Notes under the pieces: generated by a model | What the model was told of the DNA's origin: nothing | Database searches by the model: none | The model's input: the letters and a program-made list of their open reading frames with translations, nothing else | Part shown: piece by piece, positions 10,450 to 19,949 of the stretch | Position numbering within the stretch: the first letter of the stretch is position 1 | How the letters are laid out: the number at the start of each line of letters is the position of its first letter | Assembly: GCA_963700635.1 (NCBI GenBank) | Contig: CAVOYH010000004.1 | Coordinates: forward strand, 157,760 to 221,759 | Origin: an uncultured Bacteroidota bacterium | GTDB taxonomy: Bacteria > Bacteroidota > Ignavibacteria > UBA10030 > UBA6906 | DNA length: 64,000 nt | Direction of reading: 5' to 3' | Position numbers and translations under genes: made by a program

Positions 10450-11488
10450 ATGAAGCTCTCCGACTTCCGGTATCCTCTTCCCAGGAACCTGATTGCACGG
10501 TACCCCGCGAATCCACGCGACGCTGCCCGTCTGATGGTGATCAACCGGTCGGAAGAATCGATCACCGGGATGCGGTTTAATGAGATATCCCAGTTCTTCA
10601 AGAAAGGGGACTGCCTGGTCGTCAATGAGACCAAGGTATTTCCCGCCCGCTTGTTCGGCCGGAAAGAAAAGACCAACGCCAAGATCGAGGTCTTCCTCCT
10701 TCGTGAGCTGAACAAAGAAGAGAATATCTGGGATGTTATCGTTGATCCCGCGCGCAAAGTCCGCATCGGCAACAAGATCTTCTTTGACGAAGGCCGGTTG
10801 TGGTGCGAGGTGATCGACAATACCACGTCACGGGGTCGCACGGTGCGGTTTAATGCCACCGGTGATTTCTTCAAGATCATCGATCGAATCGGAAAGATGC
10901 CCCTTGCCGTACTATATCAAACGGGATCCGACCGAAAAGGACAAGGATACATATCAGACGGTGTATGCACGGGTCATCGGCGCTGTCGCCGCACCCACGG
11001 CCGGTCTTCACTTTACAAAGCGCCTGCTCAGCACGCTGAAACGGAAAGGCGTCAAGGTGGTTCCTGTTGTCCTGCACGTCGGACTGGGATCCTTCCGGCC
11101 GGTCGAGGTGGAAGACCTCACGAAGCACAAGATGGATTCTGAATACTATGAGATCCCGGAATCAACGGTAACGGTGGTGAACAAAAGCATTGACAGCAAG
11201 TGTAATGTGTTTGTTGCCGGCACGAGTACCTGTCGGGCGTTGGAATCCTGCGTCACCACGGATGGTCATCTGAAGTCGAACCGGGGATGGACGGACAAAT
11301 TTATCTTTCCACCCTACGATTTCAAGATCACCGACAAGTTGATCACGAACTTTCACATGCCGGAATCCACCCTGCTGATGCTGGTGGCGGCGTTCGCCAA
11401 TCGTGATCTCATCATGAAGTCGTACAAAAAAGCGATCAAGGAGGGTTACCGGTTCTACAGCTATGGTGACGCCATGTTGATGCTCTAG
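10450..11488 (+). pseudogene. queA: S-adenosylmethionine:tRNA ribosyltransferase-isomerase, interrupted as sequenced by one extra base in a C-run
   Basis: ORFs 10450..11142 and 10853..11488 together give a complete QueA. The junction is IDRIGKMPL | PYYIKRDPTEKD. Removing one C from cccc (10900-10903) restores the GKMPLPYYIKR motif. Confidence 0.85.
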
Positions 11489-11510
11489 CACGGCGGGCTG
11501 GCCGGGATCT

Positions 11511-13346
11511 ATGAAACTCCTGATTCTCGGGCTTGTTGCCCTGACGGTGATCGGGGTCTTTGTCTGGCTCTTCCGGAAGAAGAACCTGCTCGCGTATTTC
11601 AGCGCCGGACGATGGTGGTTGACCTGGTTGTCCATCGCCGTGATCACCCTGATGGATGAGCTCACGTCGATCTTCTACGCGCCGAGCGAGGCCTTCCGTT
11701 TTATCGGGTCGCACGCAATCCCGTTTATTGCCATCACGTCACTCCTCATGCGTTTTCTCTCTACCCGCATGGTGGAGATCGCGGAGATCCTCGAGCATCA
11801 CAATATCAGAGGCGGAGGGGTGTATTCCTTTTCGTATCTGACGCTCGGGCCCACCTTTTCGTTCATCGCTGTGGCGTCCATCATGGTGGACTACGTGCTG
11901 ACCGCATGTATCTCTGCGGTCAGCGCCGTAGAAAACGGTCTCACGTTTATGGCGCTGAGTCCCACCCTCAAGCTGCTTATACAGTTTGCCGTGGTCTGGG
12001 GCATCGCCGGGCTTAATGTTCTGGGCATCAAGGATAACGCCCGGTTCACGTTCGGGGTGTTCTTTATTGTCGTGCTCGTGCTCGTGATCCTGCTTGCCTC
12101 AGCCCTCTTCGAGGCTCCCGCGTCGTCCTGGGCGGCAATCGGAAACAGCTACGAGGGAGCTGTGGAGCATGTCGCGGACAAAGGGTTCTTTGGAGGATAT
12201 GCTTTCCTGATTATCTGCATATCCAGTTGTATTCTCGCCTACTCGGGTATCGAGTCGGTGGTGCAGACTGCCGGACTCACAAAAAGCTGGCGTGACACCG
12301 GCCGGGCGTACATCTTTCTCGCGTTGACGACCGGTATCTTTACCCCGATTCTGTCGGCTCTTGTTCTCAGTTCCGGATTAAATCCCGCGGAGCACGAAAC
12401 CGACCTCATCACCCAGTTTGCCGCCTCCCTGAACGGCGTTTCATTCGGATTCGTGGTCGGCGGAATTGCCAGCGTCGCATTGATTATGGCAGTCAATACG
12501 GCTTTTGTCGCTTCCAGCGAGCTGATGGAGCGTGTGGCCCAGCGGTACAACTTCAACTGGATCATCAAACCGAACGCCCGACAGTCCCTGTACCGGGTTC
12601 ACATCATCAATGCGGTGTTCTACTCTACCATCATTGTTCTGACGGAGGGAAGCCAGAAGATCCTTGCGGAGATGTACGCCCTCGGCCTCGTGGCCAGCTT
12701 CACGATCAACATGGGCAGCCTGCTGTACTACCGGTATTTCACCGGCACAAAGGAAATCAGGGCCTACCATACATCCCGCATAGGAACGGCGGTGCTGTTC
12801 GTTATCCTCCTGAGTTGCTTTGTCTATCTGGGAATGAGCAAACCTTACGGCATTGCCCTCTGGAGTCTGGTTGCGGGATTTTTCCTGATCGTCGGATTCC
12901 GCGTGGCGAAGAAACGTGCCCCCGAAATTGCACATGTTGCACAGACCGACAGCCCGATGCAAATGGTGTTTGCCCTGGCCGAGGTTCCCGATGACAGGGT
13001 GGATATTTTCTTCAAGCGTCCGCTGGAAGGCGTGGATACCGCCGATCCTCACGTCGCGTTCGTCACGTTCTATTCTCCCCGACAGGGTATTCCGAACCGG
13101 GTGGCGACCAACCATTACCGGTTTGCACAATCAGGTCAATCGTTGTTTGACAGTATCACCGAACTCCTGTATGTACTAAAATACGAACTCCCGCATAAGC
13201 AGATTACGATCCATATTGGCTGGCCGCGTTCTTCGTGGATCGACCGTCTGGCAATCGGGGTGATGGTGTTCAGCATGATGAAGTTGCCTGACATGTTTCC
13301 AGAATTTAACTTTCTGATCGAGTATGCCCCGCGCAAACACGCCTGA
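11511..13346 (+). CDS. APC-superfamily-like permease with a cytoplasmic C-terminal domain
   Basis: 611 aa. About 12 predicted TM segments, followed by a soluble tail of roughly 130 aa. Assigned by general resemblance to amino-acid/polyamine permeases; no diagnostic motif was recognised. Confidence 0.5.
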   Translation: MKLLILGLVALTVIGVFVWLFRKKNLLAYFSAGRWWLTWLSIAVITLMDELTSIFYAPSEAFRFIGSHAIPFIAITSLLMRFLSTRMVEIAEILEHHNIRGGGVYSFSYLTLGPTFSFIAVASIMVDYVLTACISAVSAVENGLTFMALSPTLKLLIQFAVVWGIAGLNVLGIKDNARFTFGVFFIVVLVLVILLASALFEAPASSWAAIGNSYEGAVEHVADKGFFGGYAFLIICISSCILAYSGIESVVQTAGLTKSWRDTGRAYIFLALTTGIFTPILSALVLSSGLNPAEHETDLITQFAASLNGVSFGFVVGGIASVALIMAVNTAFVASSELMERVAQRYNFNWIIKPNARQSLYRVHIINAVFYSTIIVLTEGSQKILAEMYALGLVASFTINMGSLLYYRYFTGTKEIRAYHTSRIGTAVLFVILLSCFVYLGMSKPYGIALWSLVAGFFLIVGFRVAKKRAPEIAHVAQTDSPMQMVFALAEVPDDRVDIFFKRPLEGVDTADPHVAFVTFYSPRQGIPNRVATNHYRFAQSGQSLFDSITELLYVLKYELPHKQITIHIGWPRSSWIDRLAIGVMVFSMMKLPDMFPEFNFLIEYAPRKHA

Positions 13347-14028
13347 CGTAGCAGTGATCATTGCCGCCGGAGGGACAGGCAAACGGATGGGCGGACGTGT
13401 GCCCAAGCAGTTCCTGCGGGCTGGAGCACACCCCGTTCTTGTCACGACCGTAAGAGCCTTTGAGGCGATCCGTTCCGTGCGGGAGATCGTGGTCGTGGTG
13501 CCGCGTGGATATGCAGAGTTCACCCACCGGCTCCTGACGCGTGCGGGGTGTCAGAAGATCGGCACGGTGATCGAAGGGGGCAGGGAAAGGCAGAATTCGG
13601 TGAGGGCAGGCCTGGATATGCTCTCCGGCGACCCGGATATCGTGCTTGTGCACGATGCGGTACGCCCGTTTGTGACAGGAAAGGTCATCCGAAAAGTTAT
13701 CAAAGAGAGTGCGCGCTTTGGTGCCGCGGTGGTGGGTGTCCGCGTAAAAGACACCATCAAAAAAGAGGGGAAGCGGGGCTTCTACAGTCAGACCCTTCAA
13801 CGTCACCTGTTATGGGCGGTCCAGACACCCCAGGGATTCAGGGTTCCTCTCTTTAAAAGAGCGCACAGAAGGGCACTCCTGGACGGGTTTCTGGGGACTG
13901 ACGATGCGATGCTTGCCGAACGCCTTGGCATTCCGGTCCGTATTGTGGAGGGACTGGACGCAAATGTGAAGATTACGACCCGGGAAGACCTTATTCTGGC
14001 CCGCAGGGTGCTCGGGAAGCGGAAATAG
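13324..14028 (+). CDS. ispD: 2-C-methyl-D-erythritol 4-phosphate cytidylyltransferase
   Basis: AVIIAAGGTGKRMGGRVPKQFL N-terminus, VLVHDAVRPFV, and TDDAMLAERLG blocks. Overlaps the upstream permease by 23 nt. Confidence 0.9.
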   Translation: MPRANTPDVAVIIAAGGTGKRMGGRVPKQFLRAGAHPVLVTTVRAFEAIRSVREIVVVVPRGYAEFTHRLLTRAGCQKIGTVIEGGRERQNSVRAGLDMLSGDPDIVLVHDAVRPFVTGKVIRKVIKESARFGAAVVGVRVKDTIKKEGKRGFYSQTLQRHLLWAVQTPQGFRVPLFKRAHRRALLDGFLGTDDAMLAERLGIPVRIVEGLDANVKITTREDLILARRVLGKRK

Positions 14029-14035
14029 GCTACTC

Positions 14036-14064
14036 TTGCATATGGCCACACGGTTCGTTATATT
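14036..14064 (+). promoter_or_regulatory. Sigma-70-like promoter TTGCAT-N17-TATATT upstream of plsY-gpsA
   Basis: -35 at 14036-14041 and -10 at 14059-14064, 38 nt before the plsY ATG. One of five sites in the window that match the same motif. Confidence 0.4.
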
Positions 14065-14101
14065 TTGACCGACGTGTCCGATCACAACAGCGTAAAAGGT
14101 T

Positions 14102-14798
14102 ATGATTCCTATTAGTATTATCGCCATCCTGAGTTACCTCATCGGGTCGATCCCCACGAGTATTATTGTGGCTCGCAAAGCCCGGGGGATAGATATCCGG
14201 CACTACGGCAGCGGGAACGCCGGCGGGACGAATGTGTTCCGTGTGCTGGGATGGAAGGCCGGGGTGTTCGTGATCTCTCTGGATATGGCGAAGGGACTGA
14301 TCGCGACAATGTTTGTGGCGCGGTTGATGGAGGGCGCCGATTCCCTTTTCGAATGCCACCCCTTTTGATGATTTTACCGTTGTCCAGATCATTGCGGGTT
14401 GTTCTGCGATTCTCGGACACATCTGGACGGTTTTTGCGGGGTTCAAGGGCGGGAAAGGTATCGCAACGGCCGGCGGCATGCTCATCGGTATTGCGCCTGT
14501 TGAAGTCGCAGTTTCGTTCGGCGTGTTTGCCATCGTCTTCCTGCTCACACACTACGTGTCCCTGGGTTCGCTCAGCGCTGCCGTTGCATTCCCTCTGACG
14601 ATGTTCTTCCGTGAAAACGTGTTTATGGTCGATGTCCCCGGCTACGGCACGCTCATCTTCTTCTCAATCGGCATTTCATTATTGATCATTTTTACCCATC
14701 GATCCAACATCGTCCGGCTTCTGCGAGGCAATGAGAACAGGATCGCTTCGATCCGGCCCTTCCGAAAGAAGGAAGAGCGGACCTCGCACGCCGGCTAA
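14102..14798 (+). pseudogene. plsY: Glycerol-3-phosphate acyltransferase PlsY, interrupted as sequenced by a +1 frame change
   Basis: ORF 14102..14368 carries GSGNAGGTNVFRVLG. The frame that contains ORF 14478..14798 is open from 14328 and encodes AILGHIWTVFAGFKGGKGIATAGG. The frame switch must lie in 14328-14368, a region containing tttt and cccc runs. Confidence 0.8.
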
Positions 14799-14812
14799 CT
14801 CCTTCGGCGGAC

Positions 14813-15814
14813 ATGCACATTGCAGTACTAGGCGCAGGGAGCTGGGGGACCACGCTCGCGATCGTTCTTTCTGAGAATGGCCACACTGTCACGCTCTGGT
14901 CGTTTCTCGAAAGAGACGCCCTCCTCATCCGGGAAAGAGGGGAAAATCCATCGTTCCTGCCCGGCGTGGCTATCCCTCCGGCCATCAAGGTCACCAGTGA
15001 CGTCCGTGCGGCGGTCGCCGGCGCAGAGCTGATCGTCGCTGCGGTCCCGGCGCAGCACCTCCGGGGGGTCATGATGCAGCTTCGTGATCTTCCCCTGCAG
15101 GGTGTGCCCGTTGTCAATGTGGCAAAGGGCATTGAGATGGGCACGTTGATGACGATGTCCGAGATGCTCCATGATACGCTCCCGGACCTTGACCCCAGGC
15201 ATGTCTGTACACTCTCCGGTCCAAGCCACGCGGAAGAAGTAAGCCGGCATATTCCCACGACAGTGGTTGTCGCATCCACCAGCATAGAAACTGCGCGGAC
15301 GGTCCAGTCTGCATTTATGCTCCCGTATTTTCGCGTATATGTCAGCACGGATCTCCGCGGAGTGGAAATCGGGGGCGCTCTGAAAAATGTCATCGCCATC
15401 GCGGCGGGAATAATCGACGGAGCAAATCTGGGCGACAACACCAAAGCGGCAGTCATGACGCGCGGCATCGCGGAGATCGCCCGTATCGGCGTTGCGCTCG
15501 GTGCCCGGATTCAAACCTTCGGCGGACTCTCCGGCATCGGTGACCTCATGGTTACCTGTATGAGCAGGCACAGCCGCAACCGGTACATCGGCGTTGAGAT
15601 CGGAAAAGGAAGGTCGCTGCAGGCGATTCAGGCTGGAATGGTGATGATCGCCGAAGGAGTCGCCACGACCCAGTCAGCGTTTGATCTCGCCCGGAAAGTC
15701 GGTGTAGAAGTGCCAATTATCGAACAGGTACACAGAATACTCTTCGAGGACAAGGATCCGTTAAAAGCGTGCCGGGATTTGATGACAAGGGACCCCAAAG
15801 GGGAGGTGTGGTAA
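14813..15814 (+). CDS. gpsA: NAD(P)H-dependent glycerol-3-phosphate dehydrogenase
   Basis: MHIAVLGAGSWGTTLA Rossmann N-terminus, and GALKNVIAIAAGI. Classical plsY-gpsA pairing. Confidence 0.92.
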   Translation: MHIAVLGAGSWGTTLAIVLSENGHTVTLWSFLERDALLIRERGENPSFLPGVAIPPAIKVTSDVRAAVAGAELIVAAVPAQHLRGVMMQLRDLPLQGVPVVNVAKGIEMGTLMTMSEMLHDTLPDLDPRHVCTLSGPSHAEEVSRHIPTTVVVASTSIETARTVQSAFMLPYFRVYVSTDLRGVEIGGALKNVIAIAAGIIDGANLGDNTKAAVMTRGIAEIARIGVALGARIQTFGGLSGIGDLMVTCMSRHSRNRYIGVEIGKGRSLQAIQAGMVMIAEGVATTQSAFDLARKVGVEVPIIEQVHRILFEDKDPLKACRDLMTRDPKGEVW

Positions 15815-15861
15815 TGTAAACGGGAGAATATCAGGAATCAGTAGGGCAATCAGCTGCCAGG

Positions 15862-15905
15862 AAAAAAAAAGAGAAGAACGACAGTCGTTCTTCTCTTTCC
15901 GTTTA
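15862..15905. terminator. Bidirectional intrinsic terminator between convergent gpsA and hppA
   Basis: A9 tract (15862-15870), then stem agagaagaacg / cgttcttctct (15870-15880 / 15886-15896), then T-rich sequence. On the minus strand the hairpin is followed by U9. Confidence 0.65.
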
Positions 15906-15959
15906 TGGCATATCGGTCGTGGTGTTACCGCCCGACCGGGCGCGGTGCCGGTATTCCCG

Positions 15960-18128
15960 TCAGATGAACAGAGGGGCAAGCACCAGGGTAATCGTGCTCA
16001 GAAGCTTGACCAGCACGTGGAGCGATGGACCCGCAGTATCCTTAAACGGGTCGCCGACCGTGTCACCCACCACTGACGCCTTGTGCGGATCGGAACGCTT
16101 TCCTCCGTACACGCCGGTTTCGATATACTTCTTTGCGTTATCCCACGCCCCGCCGCTGTTGTTGAGGAACAGGGCGACGAGGATACCGACGATTGTTCCG
16201 ACCATAAGGAAGCCGCCAACCACTTCGGCGCCGGTAGCGCCCGTGGGCGGAGCCCCTGTGGCATAGTAGAACCACCGGAACACCAACCCCACAGCCACCG
16301 GAAGAAGGACCACGAGGAGCCCCGGGGCGATCATTTCCTTGAGGGCTGATTTTGTCGCGATATCAACACACTGACCATAATCCGGTTTTGAAGTTCCCGC
16401 CATGATTCCCGGATTATTCTTAAACTGCTCCCGCACGTTGTTGATGATTGCCTGTGCCGCTTTACCCACAGCTTTGATCGCGAGAGAGGAGAACAGAAAT
16501 ACGAGAACTGCCCCCAGCATCGCGCCGACAAACACTTCGGGTTTGTTCAGATTGATGACCGGCTCAAAGGACGGCATATACGCACGGACTTCGTCAATAT
16601 ACGCGCTGAAGAGCAGGAAGGCAGCAAGTGCTGCCGAGCCCACCGCATAACCCTTTGTAAGCGCTTTGGTGGTATTTCCGACGGAGTCGAGACGATCGGT
16701 CCGGTCGCGGACTTCTTTGGATTGCTGGCTCATCTCCACGATGCCGCCTGCATTGTCGGTGATGGGCCCGAAGGTGTCCATGGCGAGGATATAGGCCGCT
16801 GTGGACAGCATGCCCATCGTTGCGACTGCGGTGCCGAAGAGACCGGCATGCTCGAGTCCGGAACTTGCCCCGAGAAAGTAGGATCCAATGATCGCTGCCG
16901 CAATGACGAGTACCGGAATACCGGTGGATTCCATACCGATTGCGATGCCGCTGATGATATTTGTCGCCGGGCCGGTTTGTGATGATTCAACGATGGACAG
17001 CACCGGGCGGTAGCGGTAATCGGTATAGTAGATCGTGATAAGCACAAACGCGAGCGCTGTCAGGACCCCCACCATCCCGCACAGGAAGAAATTGAAGTAG
17101 AATTCGGGACCCAGGAGCCAGCGGGATGCGATGTAGAATCCGATCATTGCCAGGACGGTGGTCACGTAGTATCCCCGGTTCAGCGCCTTCATCGGATCTT
17201 CGGTATCGGTAGTGCGAACGATCAGGATACCGACCATGGACGCGATAATACCAAAGGCGCGAGCAACGAGGGGGAAGAGCAGGACCCCGATGAGCGTAAG
17301 TTCGTGTTCGGCAAAGAGCGAGGCATTGGCGCGATACAGTCCGGCCGCAAGAATCATGGCGCCGATATTTTCAGCGGCGGTTGATTCGAACAAATCGGCT
17401 CCACGGCCTGCGCAATCCCCGACATTGTCACCCACAAGATCCGCAATCACGGCGGGGTTCCGGGGATCGTCTTCGGGTATGCCGGCTTCCACTTTTCCCA
17501 CGAGATCAGCACCCACATCTGCTGCCTTTGTGAAAATACCACCTCCCAGCTGTGCGAAGAGGGCGACAAAGCTGGCGCCGAATCCGTATCCCACGATGAG
17601 CAGCGGAATTTTTGAGATGTCTTCAGTGACGCCGGAAGCGCTGACCAAGGCAAAGAGTCCGGCCACACCCAGCAGGCTCAGGGCAACCACAAAGAATCCG
17701 GATGCGGCACCCCCGCGAAGGGCAGGCTGGAGCGCGCTGTTCATGTTCTTCATGGCACCGGCCGCGGTGCGGATGTTGGATCGGATGGCGACCCACATGC
17801 CCATGTACCCGGCGGCCACGGAACACGCGGCGCCGAAGACAAACGAGACGGTCGTCCACAACGCAAGGGCGCCGGGACCTGCGGGATCATGTTCATGATG
17901 TGCACGGGCGAATGCATACAGAATATAGATCAGACAGGCCAGGGCAATGGAGAGATAGATGATGGTGCGATACTGACGGGCAAGGAAGGCTTCTGCACCG
18001 GCCTTGATCGCATCCGAGATTTCACGCATCTTCTCGCTGCCGGTCTCGCGTCGGAGCACATTGCCGATCAGGTATAGTGCGAACAACAGCCCAAGAACAC
18101 TGATACCGATAATGAGGGTGAGTTCCAT
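15960..18128 (-). CDS. hppA: Membrane H+-translocating pyrophosphatase, K+-independent type
   Basis: 722 aa, multi-TM. Motifs DNVGDCAGRGADLFES and VGDTVGDPFKDTAGPS. The GNTTKALTKG signature (Lys/Thr variant) marks K+-independent H+-PPases. Confidence 0.93.
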   Translation of the reverse strand: MELTLIIGISVLGLLFALYLIGNVLRRETGSEKMREISDAIKAGAEAFLARQYRTIIYLSIALACLIYILYAFARAHHEHDPAGPGALALWTTVSFVFGAACSVAAGYMGMWVAIRSNIRTAAGAMKNMNSALQPALRGGAASGFFVVALSLLGVAGLFALVSASGVTEDISKIPLLIVGYGFGASFVALFAQLGGGIFTKAADVGADLVGKVEAGIPEDDPRNPAVIADLVGDNVGDCAGRGADLFESTAAENIGAMILAAGLYRANASLFAEHELTLIGVLLFPLVARAFGIIASMVGILIVRTTDTEDPMKALNRGYYVTTVLAMIGFYIASRWLLGPEFYFNFFLCGMVGVLTALAFVLITIYYTDYRYRPVLSIVESSQTGPATNIISGIAIGMESTGIPVLVIAAAIIGSYFLGASSGLEHAGLFGTAVATMGMLSTAAYILAMDTFGPITDNAGGIVEMSQQSKEVRDRTDRLDSVGNTTKALTKGYAVGSAALAAFLLFSAYIDEVRAYMPSFEPVINLNKPEVFVGAMLGAVLVFLFSSLAIKAVGKAAQAIINNVREQFKNNPGIMAGTSKPDYGQCVDIATKSALKEMIAPGLLVVLLPVAVGLVFRWFYYATGAPPTGATGAEVVGGFLMVGTIVGILVALFLNNSGGAWDNAKKYIETGVYGGKRSDPHKASVVGDTVGDPFKDTAGPSLHVLVKLLSTITLVLAPLFI

Positions 18129-18138
18129 AACGGAGGGG

Positions 18139-18279
18139 TCACTCCTTTCTCTGGTGGTTGGATTGAGTGTGAGAGTCTGACTTTCGTGGCGTGCGCAGCA
18201 TTTTCAGAAAGAAATAGACGGAGAATCCGGTGACGATCCCCATGGTCAGGACCATCATAAGAATGGCCGATAGGTTCAT
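18139..18279 (-). CDS. 46-aa single-TM protein, MetS-like small subunit of the NSS transporter (not in the ORF track)
   Basis: MNLSAILMMVLTMGIVTGFSVYFFLKMLRTPRKSDSHTQSNHQRKE. Its ATG (18279-18277) overlaps the transporter TGA (18278-18276) as ATGA. It ends 10 nt before the hppA ATG. The layout of a hydrophobic helix plus a basic tail matches small subunits found after NSS genes. Confidence 0.55.
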   Translation of the reverse strand: MNLSAILMMVLTMGIVTGFSVYFFLKMLRTPRKSDSHTQSNHQRKE

Positions 18280-19949
18280 TGGGTGGATTCCTTTGCTGTG
18301 ACATGTTTGCGTGCCGCAACATAGACCAGAGCGCAGATGCCGAGGAATACAACGGTCAGCAGGGTCCGCGCAGCATTAACAAGGGCAAGACTTTTTTCCA
18401 GATGCGCAAGCACAGCCGGATCGGTTGCCGCTGCGATCTGCTCGTGCAGGCCCGCATTGAGGAACATCTTGATAAGGGAACCATTGTCAAGTGTCCAGCC
18501 CGTTCCGGCAACGAGGCTGTTCCACGCTCCCGGCCAGTCGCCGCCATGCGGGGAAACCACCGATCCGACGAACACGAAAAGCAGGAACAACGGCGTCACA
18601 TATTTGATGATGAACATGTACGGGGTGGGGACCTTCATATCGGCGCCGCTGGTAATTTCCGCCCATCCCTTTTTGATACCAAAGATCCAGGAAAAGACAA
18701 TCGATTCGGCGAGAGCAAAGAGCACAAGGGAGACTGTTCCGGCCCAGTAGTCATATTCCGCATGGACGCCATAATTGTAGAAGAAGACGGTGGGAAGGCC
18801 CAGGACGAGGACAATGGCGCCGAACGACCAGGCCGATTTCTGCCGCCCCCAGTTGAACTCATCCTGCATAAATCCCATCCATGGTGTTCCCATAGCCAAC
18901 GACGAGGTAATCCCGGCGAAAAACAAAAGTCCGAACCAGGCGATGCCGGCCATCGTTGCAAAAAGAGGTCCCCAGTTTTCAAAGAGGAACGGCATGGTCT
19001 GAAAGGCCATGCCAAAACCGGCGTTCTCTTTCACCCAGTCCAGGCCAAGATACCCTGCGGCAATCGGGATAACAATCGCACTGCCGAGCACGACTTCCAT
19101 AAACTCGTTCATCCATCCGGCCGACATCGCATTGAGGGCGATGTCGTCTTTGGACCTGACGTAGGCGGCATAACAATGGACAGTCCCCATCCCGACGGAC
19201 AACGTGAAGAAGATCTGGCCGGCAGCAGCAAGCCAGACTTTAGGATTGGCAAGAGAGTCGAATTGTGGCGTCCACAGGAAACTGAGCCCGGCCCACGCAT
19301 TGGCATCCGGATGGGCCTCGGTGGCGCCTGAGGTGCCGAGCGTGACCCCGCGGATAGCCAGGAAGATCCCGAAGAGGACCAGGAGCGGCATCCCGATCTT
19401 CGCTGTCTTTTCCACCCCGCCGCTGAGCCCACGCGACAGGATCCACGTGTTTAACAGGAGGCAGAGCACATAAAAGATCGGGGCTTCATAGGGAATGCCG
19501 GTTGTTGTCGTCGAGATGTCAATGTAGTTGGTGAAAAACATTGCCACTTCAGACTGGGACATACCCTCAAACGTACGGCCGATGGAGTGCAGGACGTACG
19601 ACATGGTCCAGGATTCGATATAACAGTAGTAGGCAGCAACAGCCAGGTTCGTCCAGATGCCGAACACGCCAAAGTATTTCCAGAATTTCTGACGGGTCAT
19701 ACTTTGCATCATGAACGGTGCGGCGTGATGACCGTGTTTGCCTCCGAACCGGCCCATTGACCACTCAATCCAGAGCAGAGGGATCCCCATGACGAGAAAG
19801 GAGACCAGATAAGGGATAATAAACGCGCCGCCGCCGTTGTTGATTGCCTGGACCGGGAAGCGGAGGAAGTTGCCAAGCCCTACCGCATTCCCCGCCATTG
19901 CGAGGACTAATCCGAGGCGTGAGCCCCAGCGTTCATTAGTGATAGACAT
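18276..19949 (-). CDS. Sodium-dependent transporter, neurotransmitter:sodium symporter (SNF/NSS) family
   Basis: 557 aa. N-terminal WGSRLGLVLAMAGNAVGLGNFLRFP is the NSS signature. About 12 TM segments. Confidence 0.9.
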   Translation of the reverse strand: MSITNERWGSRLGLVLAMAGNAVGLGNFLRFPVQAINNGGGAFIIPYLVSFLVMGIPLLWIEWSMGRFGGKHGHHAAPFMMQSMTRQKFWKYFGVFGIWTNLAVAAYYCYIESWTMSYVLHSIGRTFEGMSQSEVAMFFTNYIDISTTTTGIPYEAPIFYVLCLLLNTWILSRGLSGGVEKTAKIGMPLLVLFGIFLAIRGVTLGTSGATEAHPDANAWAGLSFLWTPQFDSLANPKVWLAAAGQIFFTLSVGMGTVHCYAAYVRSKDDIALNAMSAGWMNEFMEVVLGSAIVIPIAAGYLGLDWVKENAGFGMAFQTMPFLFENWGPLFATMAGIAWFGLLFFAGITSSLAMGTPWMGFMQDEFNWGRQKSAWSFGAIVLVLGLPTVFFYNYGVHAEYDYWAGTVSLVLFALAESIVFSWIFGIKKGWAEITSGADMKVPTPYMFIIKYVTPLFLLFVFVGSVVSPHGGDWPGAWNSLVAGTGWTLDNGSLIKMFLNAGLHEQIAAATDPAVLAHLEKSLALVNAARTLLTVVFLGICALVYVAARKHVTAKESTQ

